DNA from: an uncultured Methanosarcinales archaeon | GTDB taxonomy: Archaea; Nanobdellota; Nanobdellia; Woesearchaeales; UBA12501 | Assembly (NCBI GenBank): GCA_964459835.1 | Contig: CAYWPA010000001.1 | Location: 110,957 to 174,956 of the forward strand | Length of the DNA stretch: 64,000 bases | Direction: 5' to 3' | Shown here: piece after piece, positions 47,669 to 56,456 of the stretch | Position numbering within the stretch: position 1 is the stretch's first letter | How the letters are laid out: each line of letters starts with the position of its first letter | Program-made: the position numbers and the translations under genes | The notes under the pieces: generated by a model | What the model was told of the DNA's origin: nothing | Databases searched by the model: none | Seen by the model: only the letters and a program-made list of their open reading frames with translations

Positions 47669-48571
47669 ATGACACAGAACAAGATTGCACTAATTTTTGA
47701 TTTTGACAACACCTTGCTAAAAGGCTATATGCAGGATCCTATTTTTGAGCACTTTAAGTTTCCTTCCGCAGAATTCTGGGACCTTAAAGATAAAAGATAT
47801 AACAAATTAAAAGAAGAAGGCAAAGACCCTCAAAATGAGAACGTTTATCTGGACCTTCTTTGTGATTTTGCACAACAGGGGCAGCCATTTGAGGGGCTAA
47901 ACCACGCACTGCTAGCAGACTTGGCTAAAAATCTTAATTTCTTTCCTGGTGCAGTTGATTTTCCAAAACATATGGGTGAAATGATAAGGTCAAATCCAAA
48001 ATTTGTAAAGTATGATATTTCTGTTGAATCATACATAATAACATCCGGGCTAAAAGTAATGGTTGAAAACAGTGCAATTGCTCCAAATGTTAAGAGGATA
48101 TGGGGCTGCACATTTGAAGAAAGAGAGGGAAGATTGTATAGGCCAGTGAAGCAAATTTCTTTTGCAGACAAAACATCATGCATTGTTCAAATAAACAAAG
48201 GCACGGGTATCGATGTTAATGCCCCTATGGCTGAAGAAGTAAGAAGAATACCTTTTTTTGCAATGATATATTTTGGCGACGGCCAAACAGATATGCCCCC
48301 ATTTGCATTCTTGACCAAATATGATGATCCAAGAAAAAATGGCCAAAATTTTGGCGTTTGCGACCCTGAAAATGAGCAAGCAATTGCTGAGCTGGACAAA
48401 TTAATCTGGTCTGGAAAGCTGACTTATTTTGGCGCTGCTGATTACAGGCCGGAAAGCCTTACTTATAAATTTGCAGAAACAGCAACTAAAAGAGCAGCAA
48501 CAAGGCTTCATAACAATATTGAATCAAAGATAGCAGCAGGAATAGGGGAAGCGCCAGGAACACTTAGATGA
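47669..48571 (+). CDS. HAD-superfamily hydrolase
   Basis: Motif I IALIFDFDNTLL (DxDxT); motif III/IV …YFGDGQTDMP…; ~300 aa. Confidence 0.65.
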   Translation: MTQNKIALIFDFDNTLLKGYMQDPIFEHFKFPSAEFWDLKDKRYNKLKEEGKDPQNENVYLDLLCDFAQQGQPFEGLNHALLADLAKNLNFFPGAVDFPKHMGEMIRSNPKFVKYDISVESYIITSGLKVMVENSAIAPNVKRIWGCTFEEREGRLYRPVKQISFADKTSCIVQINKGTGIDVNAPMAEEVRRIPFFAMIYFGDGQTDMPPFAFLTKYDDPRKNGQNFGVCDPENEQAIAELDKLIWSGKLTYFGAADYRPESLTYKFAETATKRAATRLHNNIESKIAAGIGEAPGTLR

Positions 48572-48585
48572 AATTAATTCTCATC

Positions 48586-48630
48586 TAGCCTACCGTTGCC
48601 ACGTTCCCGGATGGTTTTCTATCCGGAAGG
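48586..48630 (+). terminator. Strong imperfect hairpin (TGCCACGTTCCCGGAT-ggttttct-ATCCGGAAGGTGGCA) followed by ttttaaaaa; putative terminator or regulatory stem-loop
   Basis: ~15-bp stem with one bulge between the HAD gene stop and the next gene start. GC-rich relative to its surroundings. Confidence 0.35.
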
Positions 48631-51161
48631 TGGCACGGATTTTAAAAATGGGATTTGTGACAGGGTTCAGAAGGCTGCCAAAGGCAGAGCAGCTGGAGAT
48701 TTATGGAAACCATGATTCAAACAGAATTAGATTTTACACTTACAGTACAGAAACCCAAAGCTCAGGCTATCTTGATAAAATTGTTGAGCATGAATTTGTA
48801 ACAAAGTATGCAAGAAACAAAGATGCAAGGGCAAGGCAGGAAAAGCTTTGCCAAAGCCTTGCGCAAAATCCAAAGTTTAAAGGAGTAAGGTTTGAGCAGC
48901 ATGAAGGAACACTTCATGCATTTGCGCATCCTGAGGATAAAAACATTCTTCCTACAGCATTTATTGCTCAGAGAAAAAAAACATACACGCCAAGATCAAG
49001 AACTTTCAAAGCATATGAAGAGGCAAAAGCCCTTGCCCTCAAACATAGCAACTGGCTAAAGCAGAGCAATATAAGTTACGGCATAAAAAATACTTTAACT
49101 GGAGACTTCTACATAGAGCTTATATGCAAAAAGTCTGACTTGCGATTCATAGAGCAAAACGGCAATGCTCTTTTTACTGTTTATGAAATGGTTTCAGAAG
49201 AAATATCTCATGGGGATGCACTTGCACTCCATCATAGCTTGGAAGAGCACTTGAGGCATGCTGACATAAGGCTTGTTCAGCCTGAAGGGGAAAAGCCTTA
49301 CATAAGGGCTTTTGCAAACAAAGCAGGAACAATAGCACTGAAAAGAAAAGGGCTTAGGCCTGTTTTGGAGAATGGAAAACCAAGAATAAATTCTAAAAGA
49401 AATATACAGGATGTTCTAAGCATGGATTCCCCAACAAGAATGCTGAGATGGAAAGTACCTGTTTTTACGCTTGAAGAGGAGCTGGAAAAAGCTCCAAAAG
49501 ATCCTGAAGATGCGCATTCAATACACTCCTTTGGCAAAAAACAGGCAAGCCTTGAAGATATTTTAAAAGCAAAGAGGGCAGTGATTGATATAGAGGTTCA
49601 GGACTATGACAAGCCGGGCATAGAAAAGGTTTACGCAGCTGTATTCTACACACCCGACGAAAAAACTGTGTTTACAATTTATGATCCCGGCATTTCAGAA
49701 ATAAACGGCGCAAAAGTTGTTGTCTGCAAAAATGACAAAGAATTGCTGGAAAGGCTTGCAGAAAAAGAAAGGGAATACGATCCATTGTTTGTCATAGGCC
49801 ATAACATAATGGCTTATGACAGACTCAAACTGAAAAGCCTTGCAGCAAAAAAAGGCTTAAATTACTCTGTTAGCAGCGATGAAAAAGAGCCAAGAGTCCA
49901 TGCAACTTTCAGGGAATTTGACAAAAGGGTCATATCACCATCAAGAATCGAGATTGATACTTTGTATTTACGGCAGCTTAATCATCTTAAAAACAACAAG
50001 CTTGAAACGCATGCAAAAAGGGCGATGCTGGATTTTGAAAAAGAGCATAGCTATGTAGAGCTGAGAATCCTTGTAGAACACGCAAAAAAAGGCGATAAAG
50101 AGGCAGCAAGGAAGCTTGCAAAATATGTTGTTGAAGACGGCAGGGTTTCTTTGCAGCTTGCAGAAAAATACATGGAAAACATAATAATGAAAAGCCTTGC
50201 GCTCAAAAGAAGCCCCTCTGAAATATGCAAGTCAGACATGCCTGATCTTTTTGATGAAAAAAGAAGAAGGGATTTCTTTGCAAGAAGAAAGGCCTTCACA
50301 AGGCCAATAAAGCATGAATACACACTTGAAGAAGAGGCTGTAAAATTATTTAAAGCAAGAAAAGGCCTTGAATTTGAGAGAGCGGTTTTTGATAACACTG
50401 CAGCAATATACCCTCTTTTTGTAATCGAGGGGCTTAAGCCTCTTATAGAACACGATGAGCAAATGCATAAGCTGTACAGAATAATGCATTCGTCACTAAA
50501 CCCAGACATACAGTTTGACATTGCAAAGTTCCTTTCTGCTTTTCTCCAGTACAGTTATTTTGAAAAAATAAGGCTAGGAAGCAGCCCTGTTGCTTACGTC
50601 TTAATGGACAGCATAGAAAAAAACCTGCAGAAAACACTTGACGCTATGAAAGATGCTTCACTTATTAATATCACAAAAGATCTTATTTACATTTCATCAG
50701 CTCCGGAAATAAGCAAAATAAATGGAGATTTGTGCTTAACAATAGAGCACGGAAGGGCAATAAGCATAGCACCAGGAAAGATCATAATGAAAGGAAAAGG
50801 CGCAGATATATATCAGGGCATTGATCCAAAGGGAAGAGGAAATACTGTGTTTGAAGTGCATTTTATAGAAAGCTTAGTGAACCTAGTACTTAATGGCGGC
50901 TCTGTAGAAGATATAGGGGCAGAGCTTGACAACCTTAAAGATGAATTTGGAGATACATTCTACAATGCAATGTATGAAAAGTTTGGAAGAATAATGAGGC
51001 CTATGCTGTATAATAAGGATGCAGAACATACACAAGGGCTTTTGGTATCAAAAGTTTCATATAAAAAAACAAAAAAACATGGGCAGGTACCTTCTTACAG
51101 AGGTCGCAAAAGAAGAAAAATTGCAGAAAATAATACGCAAATGACTTTAAAACTTATTTAG
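48630..51161 (+). CDS. Large protein (843 aa) with a DEDDy-type 3'-5' exonuclease core; possibly a highly divergent family-B-polymerase-like protein
   Basis: Exo I AVIDIEVQD. Exo II FVIGHNIMAYDRLKL (HNxxYD). Exo III AKYVVEDGRV (YxxxD). Downstream, weak motif-A-like VFDNTAAIYPLF and motif-C-like YVLMDS. No clean KxxxNSxYG or DTD. Confidence 0.5.
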   Translation: MARILKMGFVTGFRRLPKAEQLEIYGNHDSNRIRFYTYSTETQSSGYLDKIVEHEFVTKYARNKDARARQEKLCQSLAQNPKFKGVRFEQHEGTLHAFAHPEDKNILPTAFIAQRKKTYTPRSRTFKAYEEAKALALKHSNWLKQSNISYGIKNTLTGDFYIELICKKSDLRFIEQNGNALFTVYEMVSEEISHGDALALHHSLEEHLRHADIRLVQPEGEKPYIRAFANKAGTIALKRKGLRPVLENGKPRINSKRNIQDVLSMDSPTRMLRWKVPVFTLEEELEKAPKDPEDAHSIHSFGKKQASLEDILKAKRAVIDIEVQDYDKPGIEKVYAAVFYTPDEKTVFTIYDPGISEINGAKVVVCKNDKELLERLAEKEREYDPLFVIGHNIMAYDRLKLKSLAAKKGLNYSVSSDEKEPRVHATFREFDKRVISPSRIEIDTLYLRQLNHLKNNKLETHAKRAMLDFEKEHSYVELRILVEHAKKGDKEAARKLAKYVVEDGRVSLQLAEKYMENIIMKSLALKRSPSEICKSDMPDLFDEKRRRDFFARRKAFTRPIKHEYTLEEEAVKLFKARKGLEFERAVFDNTAAIYPLFVIEGLKPLIEHDEQMHKLYRIMHSSLNPDIQFDIAKFLSAFLQYSYFEKIRLGSSPVAYVLMDSIEKNLQKTLDAMKDASLINITKDLIYISSAPEISKINGDLCLTIEHGRAISIAPGKIIMKGKGADIYQGIDPKGRGNTVFEVHFIESLVNLVLNGGSVEDIGAELDNLKDEFGDTFYNAMYEKFGRIMRPMLYNKDAEHTQGLLVSKVSYKKTKKHGQVPSYRGRKRRKIAENNTQMTLKLI

Positions 51162-51585
51162 CTAGAAGCTTGCTAAGCTCTTCTTTTGCTGTTTCATCAA
51201 CTTTTGAGAATAATGTTTTAAGGCTTGCCTTTAAGCCAGATTTATCAACAATCAGGCTGTGGGTAGCAGGGTATATTGTCCATGATTTTTCTGTTTTTGA
51301 AAAAGGATTCACAAAATACATGGAAAAATGCCTCTTAAATCCCACTATTTTGTCCCAATTATCTACAAGGACATCAAAGTTCTCTTTTGTGTTATAGACA
51401 ACCAGGCCGCATAACTCATAGCTTTTTATCTTTTCCAGGCTCTTGCCAATATCATCAATAAAAGGCTCTACAAAAAAAACCTGCTCCTTGCCGTCTTTCA
51501 GCTTCGCCTTTATGAATTCACCATCAGCTTTAACCGATTCATATCTTCTTAGAATTAGGTCTTTGTTCTTGACAAACCTTTCCAT
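51154..51585 (-). CDS. Hypothetical protein (143 aa)
   Basis: Convergent with and overlapping the exonuclease gene by 8 bp; no recognisable motif. Confidence 0.4.
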   Translation of the reverse strand: MERFVKNKDLILRRYESVKADGEFIKAKLKDGKEQVFFVEPFIDDIGKSLEKIKSYELCGLVVYNTKENFDVLVDNWDKIVGFKRHFSMYFVNPFSKTEKSWTIYPATHSLIVDKSGLKASLKTLFSKVDETAKEELSKLLAK

Positions 51586-51680
51586 CCACTCAGCAAGGTA
51601 AGCTTTCAGATCTGCGATACTATCACCTTTTTTTCATTGAAATTTTGCTTTTTAACTTTATATATTTTTCTAAAACACAG

Positions 51681-51790
51681 TTAAGTCAAGTTAAGCGCCA
51701 ATGCTGCCAAGCGACGTGCCCTAAAAAAGAAGCGATTGCGACAGATCATAGGTTGCGAGAGCAAAAACATAAACGAACAGAGCGCAGCAT
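51681..51790. repeat. GC-rich ~110-bp TIR element, copy B (inverted relative to copy A at 26287-26396)
   Basis: ttaagcGCCAATGCTGCCAaGCGaCGTGC…GCGATTGCGA…CGAACAGAGCGCaGCATTGGCACG. The flanks also form an inverted TTAAGTC…GACTTAA pair. Confidence 0.7.
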
Positions 51791-51863
51791 TGGCACGAGA
51801 CATACTATTTGACTTAACAGTAAAACACCAAACTTTAAATAGGCCTTATTTTTCCATCTGGCT

Positions 51864-52235
51864 ATGATAACATGTGACCAGTGCAACGGAGCCTGCTGCA
51901 GGAGCCTTTGTGTTCCGATAGCAAAGCCAAAGACAAAGACAGAATATGAAGACATCTTATGGTATCTCTACCATAAGAATGTGTGGATTCAGATAGATCA
52001 TGATGGAGATTGGTTTGTAGAATTCCTGACAGAATGCACACACCTTGATAAGGAAACAGGCTTTTGCAAGATATACGAAAACAGGCCTTCTATTTGCAGG
52101 GATTATAAAGTAAAAGATTGCGTAAGGAACAAGCCTGAGCACAAGTCAATATTCAAGTCGCCTAAAGAATATCTTGAGTTCCTTAAAGAGAAAAACATTA
52201 AAATTCCGGAATATAATTATAATGCTAATGCTTAA
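51864..52235 (+). CDS. YkgJ-family Cys-cluster protein (putative Fe-S/zinc-binding, UPF0153)
   Basis: N-terminal CDQCNGACC…C and C-terminal …GFCKIYENRPSICRDY… are typical of YkgJ. Confidence 0.6.
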   Translation: MITCDQCNGACCRSLCVPIAKPKTKTEYEDILWYLYHKNVWIQIDHDGDWFVEFLTECTHLDKETGFCKIYENRPSICRDYKVKDCVRNKPEHKSIFKSPKEYLEFLKEKNIKIPEYNYNANA

Positions 52236-52407
52236 GAGTTCTGCACTGTTTTCATTGTTTTAGCTTATTTACGAAAAATTTTCTATTTTTCTGAAAGTCT
52301 TTCATATTTTCCAAAAAATATTCAACAATTCTTAAGCAAGCCTTAACAAACGTCTCTTTTTCAGCATCTTTGCAAAAGATTTATATATTATAATGTATTA
52401 TAATAAA

Positions 52408-52608
52408 ATGGAACTTGAAATCACCAATCACGCATATGAGCAGATGATAGAAAGGGGCATAGATAAAGAACAAGTTATGCGTACTATCAAAAGAGGTTCG
52501 AGATATAAGCAAACTAACGGTTATTTGAGTGTCTACGGCTATATTGCTGTTGCTTATATGGCTGCAGGCAAAGGAAAATATAAAATAAAAACAGTGATGA
52601 TAAGATGA
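52408..52608 (+). CDS. DUF4258-family toxin-like protein
   Basis: MELEITNHAYEQMIERGIDKEQV… is the hallmark DUF4258 N-terminus. 4-bp overlap with the downstream antitoxin-like gene. Confidence 0.5.
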   Translation: MELEITNHAYEQMIERGIDKEQVMRTIKRGSRYKQTNGYLSVYGYIAVAYMAAGKGKYKIKTVMIR

Positions 52609-52937
52609 TGCGCGAAAAATGCGATGAATGCGGCGGAAAGCTGATTGAAAAAAAGCTACCTTATAGGGTCCATGGAGAATTCATAAGTAATTTTCTAGCA
52701 GTTGTTTGTACAAAATGCGGTGAAATATGTTACAGCGGAGATACTATTTCAGAGATGACAAAGATATTAAAGAAAAAAGGTCTGTGGGGCTTAGAATCAA
52801 CAACAAAAATACAGAAAGTAGGGGATTCTTTTGGGGTTATAATAAATAAAAAAATTGCTGAATACCTTAATTTAAAGAAAGGAGAAAGTGTAAGGATAAG
52901 GCCTTCGGGAAAAAATAAAATAATTATTGAAGTATAA
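52605..52937 (+). CDS. Antitoxin-like protein: MqsA/YgiT-type zinc finger fused to an AbrB/SpoVT swapped-hairpin domain
   Basis: CDECGGKL…VHGEFISNFLAVVCTKCGE (YgiT-type Zn finger), then …KVGDSFGVIINKKIAEYLNLKKGESVRI (AbrB-like). Confidence 0.5.
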   Translation: MMREKCDECGGKLIEKKLPYRVHGEFISNFLAVVCTKCGEICYSGDTISEMTKILKKKGLWGLESTTKIQKVGDSFGVIINKKIAEYLNLKKGESVRIRPSGKNKIIIEV

Positions 52938-53319
52938 AATGCCTAAAAAGCCAATTTTTGTCATACAAAAGCACGATGCAACGCATCTGCACTGGGATTT
53001 CCGCTTAGAGATGGATGGTGTTCTAAAAAGCTGGGCTGTTCCTAAAGAGCCTTCCAAAGATCCGAAAGTCAAGCGTCTTGCTATTGAAGTAGAAGACCAT
53101 GACTTAAGCTATGCAAAGTTTGCAGGCATTATTGAAGAAGGCCATTATGGCGCAGGAAAGGTAAGCATCTGGGACAAAGGGACATATAATCTAGTTGAGA
53201 AGAAAAGAGACAAGATTGTCATTGACCTGCACGGAAAAAAGCTGAAAGGCCATTTTGCGTTGATAAAGTTCAAGAGAGCAGGAAAAGCACAGTGGCTGCT
53301 GTTTAAGACGAAAGCATAA
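52927..53319 (+). CDS. Standalone LigD-type 3'-phosphoesterase (PE) domain protein
   Basis: FVIQKHDATHLHWDFRLEMDGVLKSWAVPKEPS is the signature of the LigD phosphoesterase domain; 130 aa. Confidence 0.8.
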   Translation: MKYKMPKKPIFVIQKHDATHLHWDFRLEMDGVLKSWAVPKEPSKDPKVKRLAIEVEDHDLSYAKFAGIIEEGHYGAGKVSIWDKGTYNLVEKKRDKIVIDLHGKKLKGHFALIKFKRAGKAQWLLFKTKA

Positions 53320-53351
53320 GCTTTAAAAAATCCATCCATGTCAGTGTCATA

Positions 53352-54005
53352 ATGGGTGTTAGAAAAGACACAGTCGTCAAAGTTCTAAAGATTCTGGCAA
53401 AAGCAGAAGGAAAGACAATGCTTGGGGAGTTTGCAAAGGATAAGCTTGGCCCTTTCCAGATGCTGATAGGCACTATCCTGTCAGCAAGATGCAGGGATGA
53501 GGTCACAAACCCTGTTTCCAGAAGGCTGTTTAAGAAATATCCAACAGCAGAAAAGCTGGCAAAGGCAATGCCAAAAGACGTTGAGAGAATGATTAAATCA
53601 ATCGGCTTTTTCAGAAACAAAACAAAGAATATAATAAAAACTTCCAAGATGATTGTTGATGATTTCGACAATAAGGTTCCTGATAATTTTGAAGACCTTA
53701 TGAAGTTTCCAGGCGTCGGAAGAAAGGTTGCAGGCTGTGTAATGGTCTATGCCCACCAAAAAGATGCAATACCTGTCGACACCCATGTTCACAGGATTTC
53801 CAACAGGCTCGGATGGGTAAAGACAAAGCAGCCGGAAAAGACAGAGCAGGAGCTTATGAAGATTGTGCCGAAAAAATACTGGCAGATTGTAAACGATTTT
53901 CTTGTTTATCATGGCAAAACAATATGCAAGCCGCAGATTCCTCTTTGCTCGCAATGTGCTGTAAATAAATACTGCAAAAGAGTTGGAGTGGAAAAGAGCA
54001 GGTGA
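53352..54005 (+). CDS. nth: Endonuclease III (HhH-GPD DNA glycosylase/AP lyase with 4Fe-4S cluster)
   Basis: HhH motif LMKFPGVGRKVAGCV; catalytic Asp region; C-terminal C-x6-C-x2-C-x5-C (CKPQIPLCSQCAVNKYC). Confidence 0.85.
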   Translation: MGVRKDTVVKVLKILAKAEGKTMLGEFAKDKLGPFQMLIGTILSARCRDEVTNPVSRRLFKKYPTAEKLAKAMPKDVERMIKSIGFFRNKTKNIIKTSKMIVDDFDNKVPDNFEDLMKFPGVGRKVAGCVMVYAHQKDAIPVDTHVHRISNRLGWVKTKQPEKTEQELMKIVPKKYWQIVNDFLVYHGKTICKPQIPLCSQCAVNKYCKRVGVEKSR

Positions 54006-54777
54006 TGACGTGATAGAGCAAAGCTTTATTTTCCTGGACAGAGTAGGGGAAAAGTCTGAAAAAAATATATGGAATCAGAATATAAAAAATTGGAATGATT
54101 TTCTTAGTGCTGAAAGGATAAAAGGAATCAATGCATTAAGAAAAGGATATTATAACAGGCAGATAAAGCAGGCGAACAAAGAGCTATTGGAGTACAATGC
54201 GCCCTTTTTCAGCAAAATACTGCAGCAAGGCCACCATTGGAGATTGTATGATTTTTTCAAGGACGATGCTGTTTTTCTTGATATAGAGACATCAGGATAC
54301 TACGGAGACATTACTGTAGTCGGAATGTATGACGGCTATGAAACAAAGACAATGGTGAGGGGATTTAATTTTTCAAAAGAAATCCTCAAGAGCGAGCTTA
54401 GTAAGTACAAGATAATCCTTACTTTCAATGGCTCTTCTTTTGACCTTCCTGTCATTGAGAGGTTCTTCAAAGGAGTAGTGCCAAATGTTCCGCATATTGA
54501 CCTAAGGCACGTATGCAGCAAGGTTGGATTAACAGGAGGATTAAAGAAAATAGAAAAGGAGCTTGGCATAAAGAGGCCGAAGGAAGTCGCAGATGTTACA
54601 GGAGAAGATGCTGTTTACCTTTGGCAGATGTGGAAATCAACAGGAAACAAGAGGTACCTCAAGACTCTTGTCCAGTATAATGAAGAAGATACTGTAAACC
54701 TTGAGCCTCTGGCTGACTATGCAATAAGGCAGCTATGGGAAAAAACAACATCTAAGCAACGCTTGCAAAGCCTCTAA
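53983..54777 (+). CDS. RNase H-like fold 3'-5' exonuclease (COG3359/YprB-like)
   Basis: FLDIETSG, …LTFNGSSFDLPVIERF… and …YNEEDTVNL… give a DEDD arrangement. Confidence 0.6.
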   Translation: MEWKRAGDDVIEQSFIFLDRVGEKSEKNIWNQNIKNWNDFLSAERIKGINALRKGYYNRQIKQANKELLEYNAPFFSKILQQGHHWRLYDFFKDDAVFLDIETSGYYGDITVVGMYDGYETKTMVRGFNFSKEILKSELSKYKIILTFNGSSFDLPVIERFFKGVVPNVPHIDLRHVCSKVGLTGGLKKIEKELGIKRPKEVADVTGEDAVYLWQMWKSTGNKRYLKTLVQYNEEDTVNLEPLADYAIRQLWEKTTSKQRLQSL

Positions 54778-55717
54778 GGTTCAGCTCAACTATCAGAAAG
54801 AAAACATAAAGCAGTATTAAAGCCAAACCTTCTGTCCAGTCAAGCTTTTCACCGCTTTGTATAAAAGTGGCGAATAGGAAACATATTACTATCATAAACA
54901 CACCGCTTGTCATAAAAAGGAATATGTTTGCTGTTATAGGAGTTATGATTGCAGTTACACCAAGCACAAGTGTTGAATTTATAACTACGCTTCCTATAAG
55001 GTTTCCGATGTTAATTTCACTATGCTTGCTTACAACAGCCCTTATGCCAACAACAAGCTCAGGCAGTGACGTGCCCACAGCAACAAAAAACAGCCCAATA
55101 AATATAGGAGGGAGCAGCATATCGATGGCAAGCCTTTCGCCGTATCGCACTGTCATTTCAGAGCTAAGATAAAGCACCACAAAGCTAATAATAAAGATGA
55201 AAACAGCAAGAATGATCTTCCATTTGCCAATTTGATTGTCAAGTGTTTCGCCGCTTTTCCATTTTCCCCTTATTATATAAGCGCAGTACAGGCAAAATGC
55301 TATCACAAGCAATATGCCGTCCATCCTGGACAAGCTGTTTCCTATGAACATCAGCAGCATTGCAAAGAAAGCTATTGCAAAAGCTGTGTAGCTGTCTTTT
55401 ATGGTTCCCTTATGCTCTATTTTTATCCCCCTGGCCAAAAGGGAAGTTATGCCGCCTATAAGCGCAAGGTCTGCTATATTAGAGCCGATTACAGTTCCAA
55501 GCGACAATGCCGGCACATTAGCCAATGCAGAGTTTATTCCTACGAATAGCTCAGGTAGTGACGTTGATAAGCCAAGCACGATAAATCCAGCAATATACTC
55601 TTTCATCCTGATAAACTTTGCAATTGTAATCAAAGAGTCTACAAAAAACGAGCCGCTTACGACCAGGGCTAAGCACGAGAAAGCAAAAAAAGCCAGGTTT
55701 GTGTAGTCAAAAGCCAT
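54752..55717 (-). CDS. Ca2+/cation antiporter (CaCA/YrbG family)
   Basis: Two alpha-repeat signatures (…LGLSTSLPELFVGINSAL… and …VAVGTSLPELVVGIRAV…) in a protein of about 10 TM. Confidence 0.75.
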   Translation of the reverse strand: MAFDYTNLAFFAFSCLALVVSGSFFVDSLITIAKFIRMKEYIAGFIVLGLSTSLPELFVGINSALANVPALSLGTVIGSNIADLALIGGITSLLARGIKIEHKGTIKDSYTAFAIAFFAMLLMFIGNSLSRMDGILLVIAFCLYCAYIIRGKWKSGETLDNQIGKWKIILAVFIFIISFVVLYLSSEMTVRYGERLAIDMLLPPIFIGLFFVAVGTSLPELVVGIRAVVSKHSEINIGNLIGSVVINSTLVLGVTAIITPITANIFLFMTSGVFMIVICFLFATFIQSGEKLDWTEGLALILLYVFFLIVELNLRGFASVA

Positions 55718-55800
55718 GCTTTGTTTTTCTGGTTTCAGGTTTTATATATTTTACTACATATAGCACAAAAAATATAAATAAACTTTTCAGGAGTAGTGAT

Positions 55801-56025
55801 ATGGCAAAGATAAAGCTGTACCAGTTTGAGAACTGCCCTTACTGCGAGAAAGTAAGGAGAAAGCTAAAAGAGAAATGGCTTAAGTATGAGAAAGTAGAGG
55901 TTGACAGAAGCAACAAGCCTGATGTCGTTTTAAACACAGGCGGAACAGTTCCTGTAATAGACATCAACGGCAAGATAATATCTGACTCAAGCAGGATTTG
56001 CGATTATCTTGATAAGAATTTTTAG
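55801..56025 (+). CDS. Glutaredoxin-like protein
   Basis: MAKIKLYQFENCPYCEKV… with a CPYC active site; ~74 aa. Start moved to the ATG preceded by aggagt. Confidence 0.65.
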   Translation: MAKIKLYQFENCPYCEKVRRKLKEKWLKYEKVEVDRSNKPDVVLNTGGTVPVIDINGKIISDSSRICDYLDKNF

Positions 56026-56042
56026 ATTTTGATTGTTTATTT

Positions 56043-56378
56043 TTACTCTTTATTTGTTTTTTCTAATTTCTCAAGCTCTTCATTGATAAATTGCTTTAAT
56101 TTAGCAACATCAACAACCTTTCCCTGGCTGACTAATCTGTGGTTTACAAGGACGATAGGGGCATGCCATGCCCTGCAGTAGCTTCTGAAAAAAGCCTCAA
56201 AGCAGTTGTCAAGCCATGGCTTTATGACAATCCTTACAGGCTTGTTTTTGTAGTACTTCTCCTTCAGCCCTTTAAGAAGCGCAGTGGTTGTTTCACATTC
56301 TCCACATACTGTCTTTATCTTAAAGAACAACTTCTTCCCTTCCCATTTGTAGTTTGTAACGACTACTTCTTTTGGCAT
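56043..56378 (-). CDS. Thioredoxin-fold-like small protein (hypothetical)
   Basis: 111 aa with a CGEC…C pattern; family uncertain. Confidence 0.35.
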   Translation of the reverse strand: MPKEVVVTNYKWEGKKLFFKIKTVCGECETTTALLKGLKEKYYKNKPVRIVIKPWLDNCFEAFFRSYCRAWHAPIVLVNHRLVSQGKVVDVAKLKQFINEELEKLEKTNKE

Positions 56379-56456
56379 GGTTGTATGGTGGATTTGAGCT
56401 TATATAAATATTATCTTTAACCTAAAATTTAAAAACAACATAATAATCCATTCCTT

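Noticed and set aside
26492-51585. Searched the TIR-bracketed block for integrase, transposase or recombinase genes
   Set aside because: None recognised among the encoded proteins, so I do not call the block a defined integrative element, only a region bounded by inverted repeat elements.
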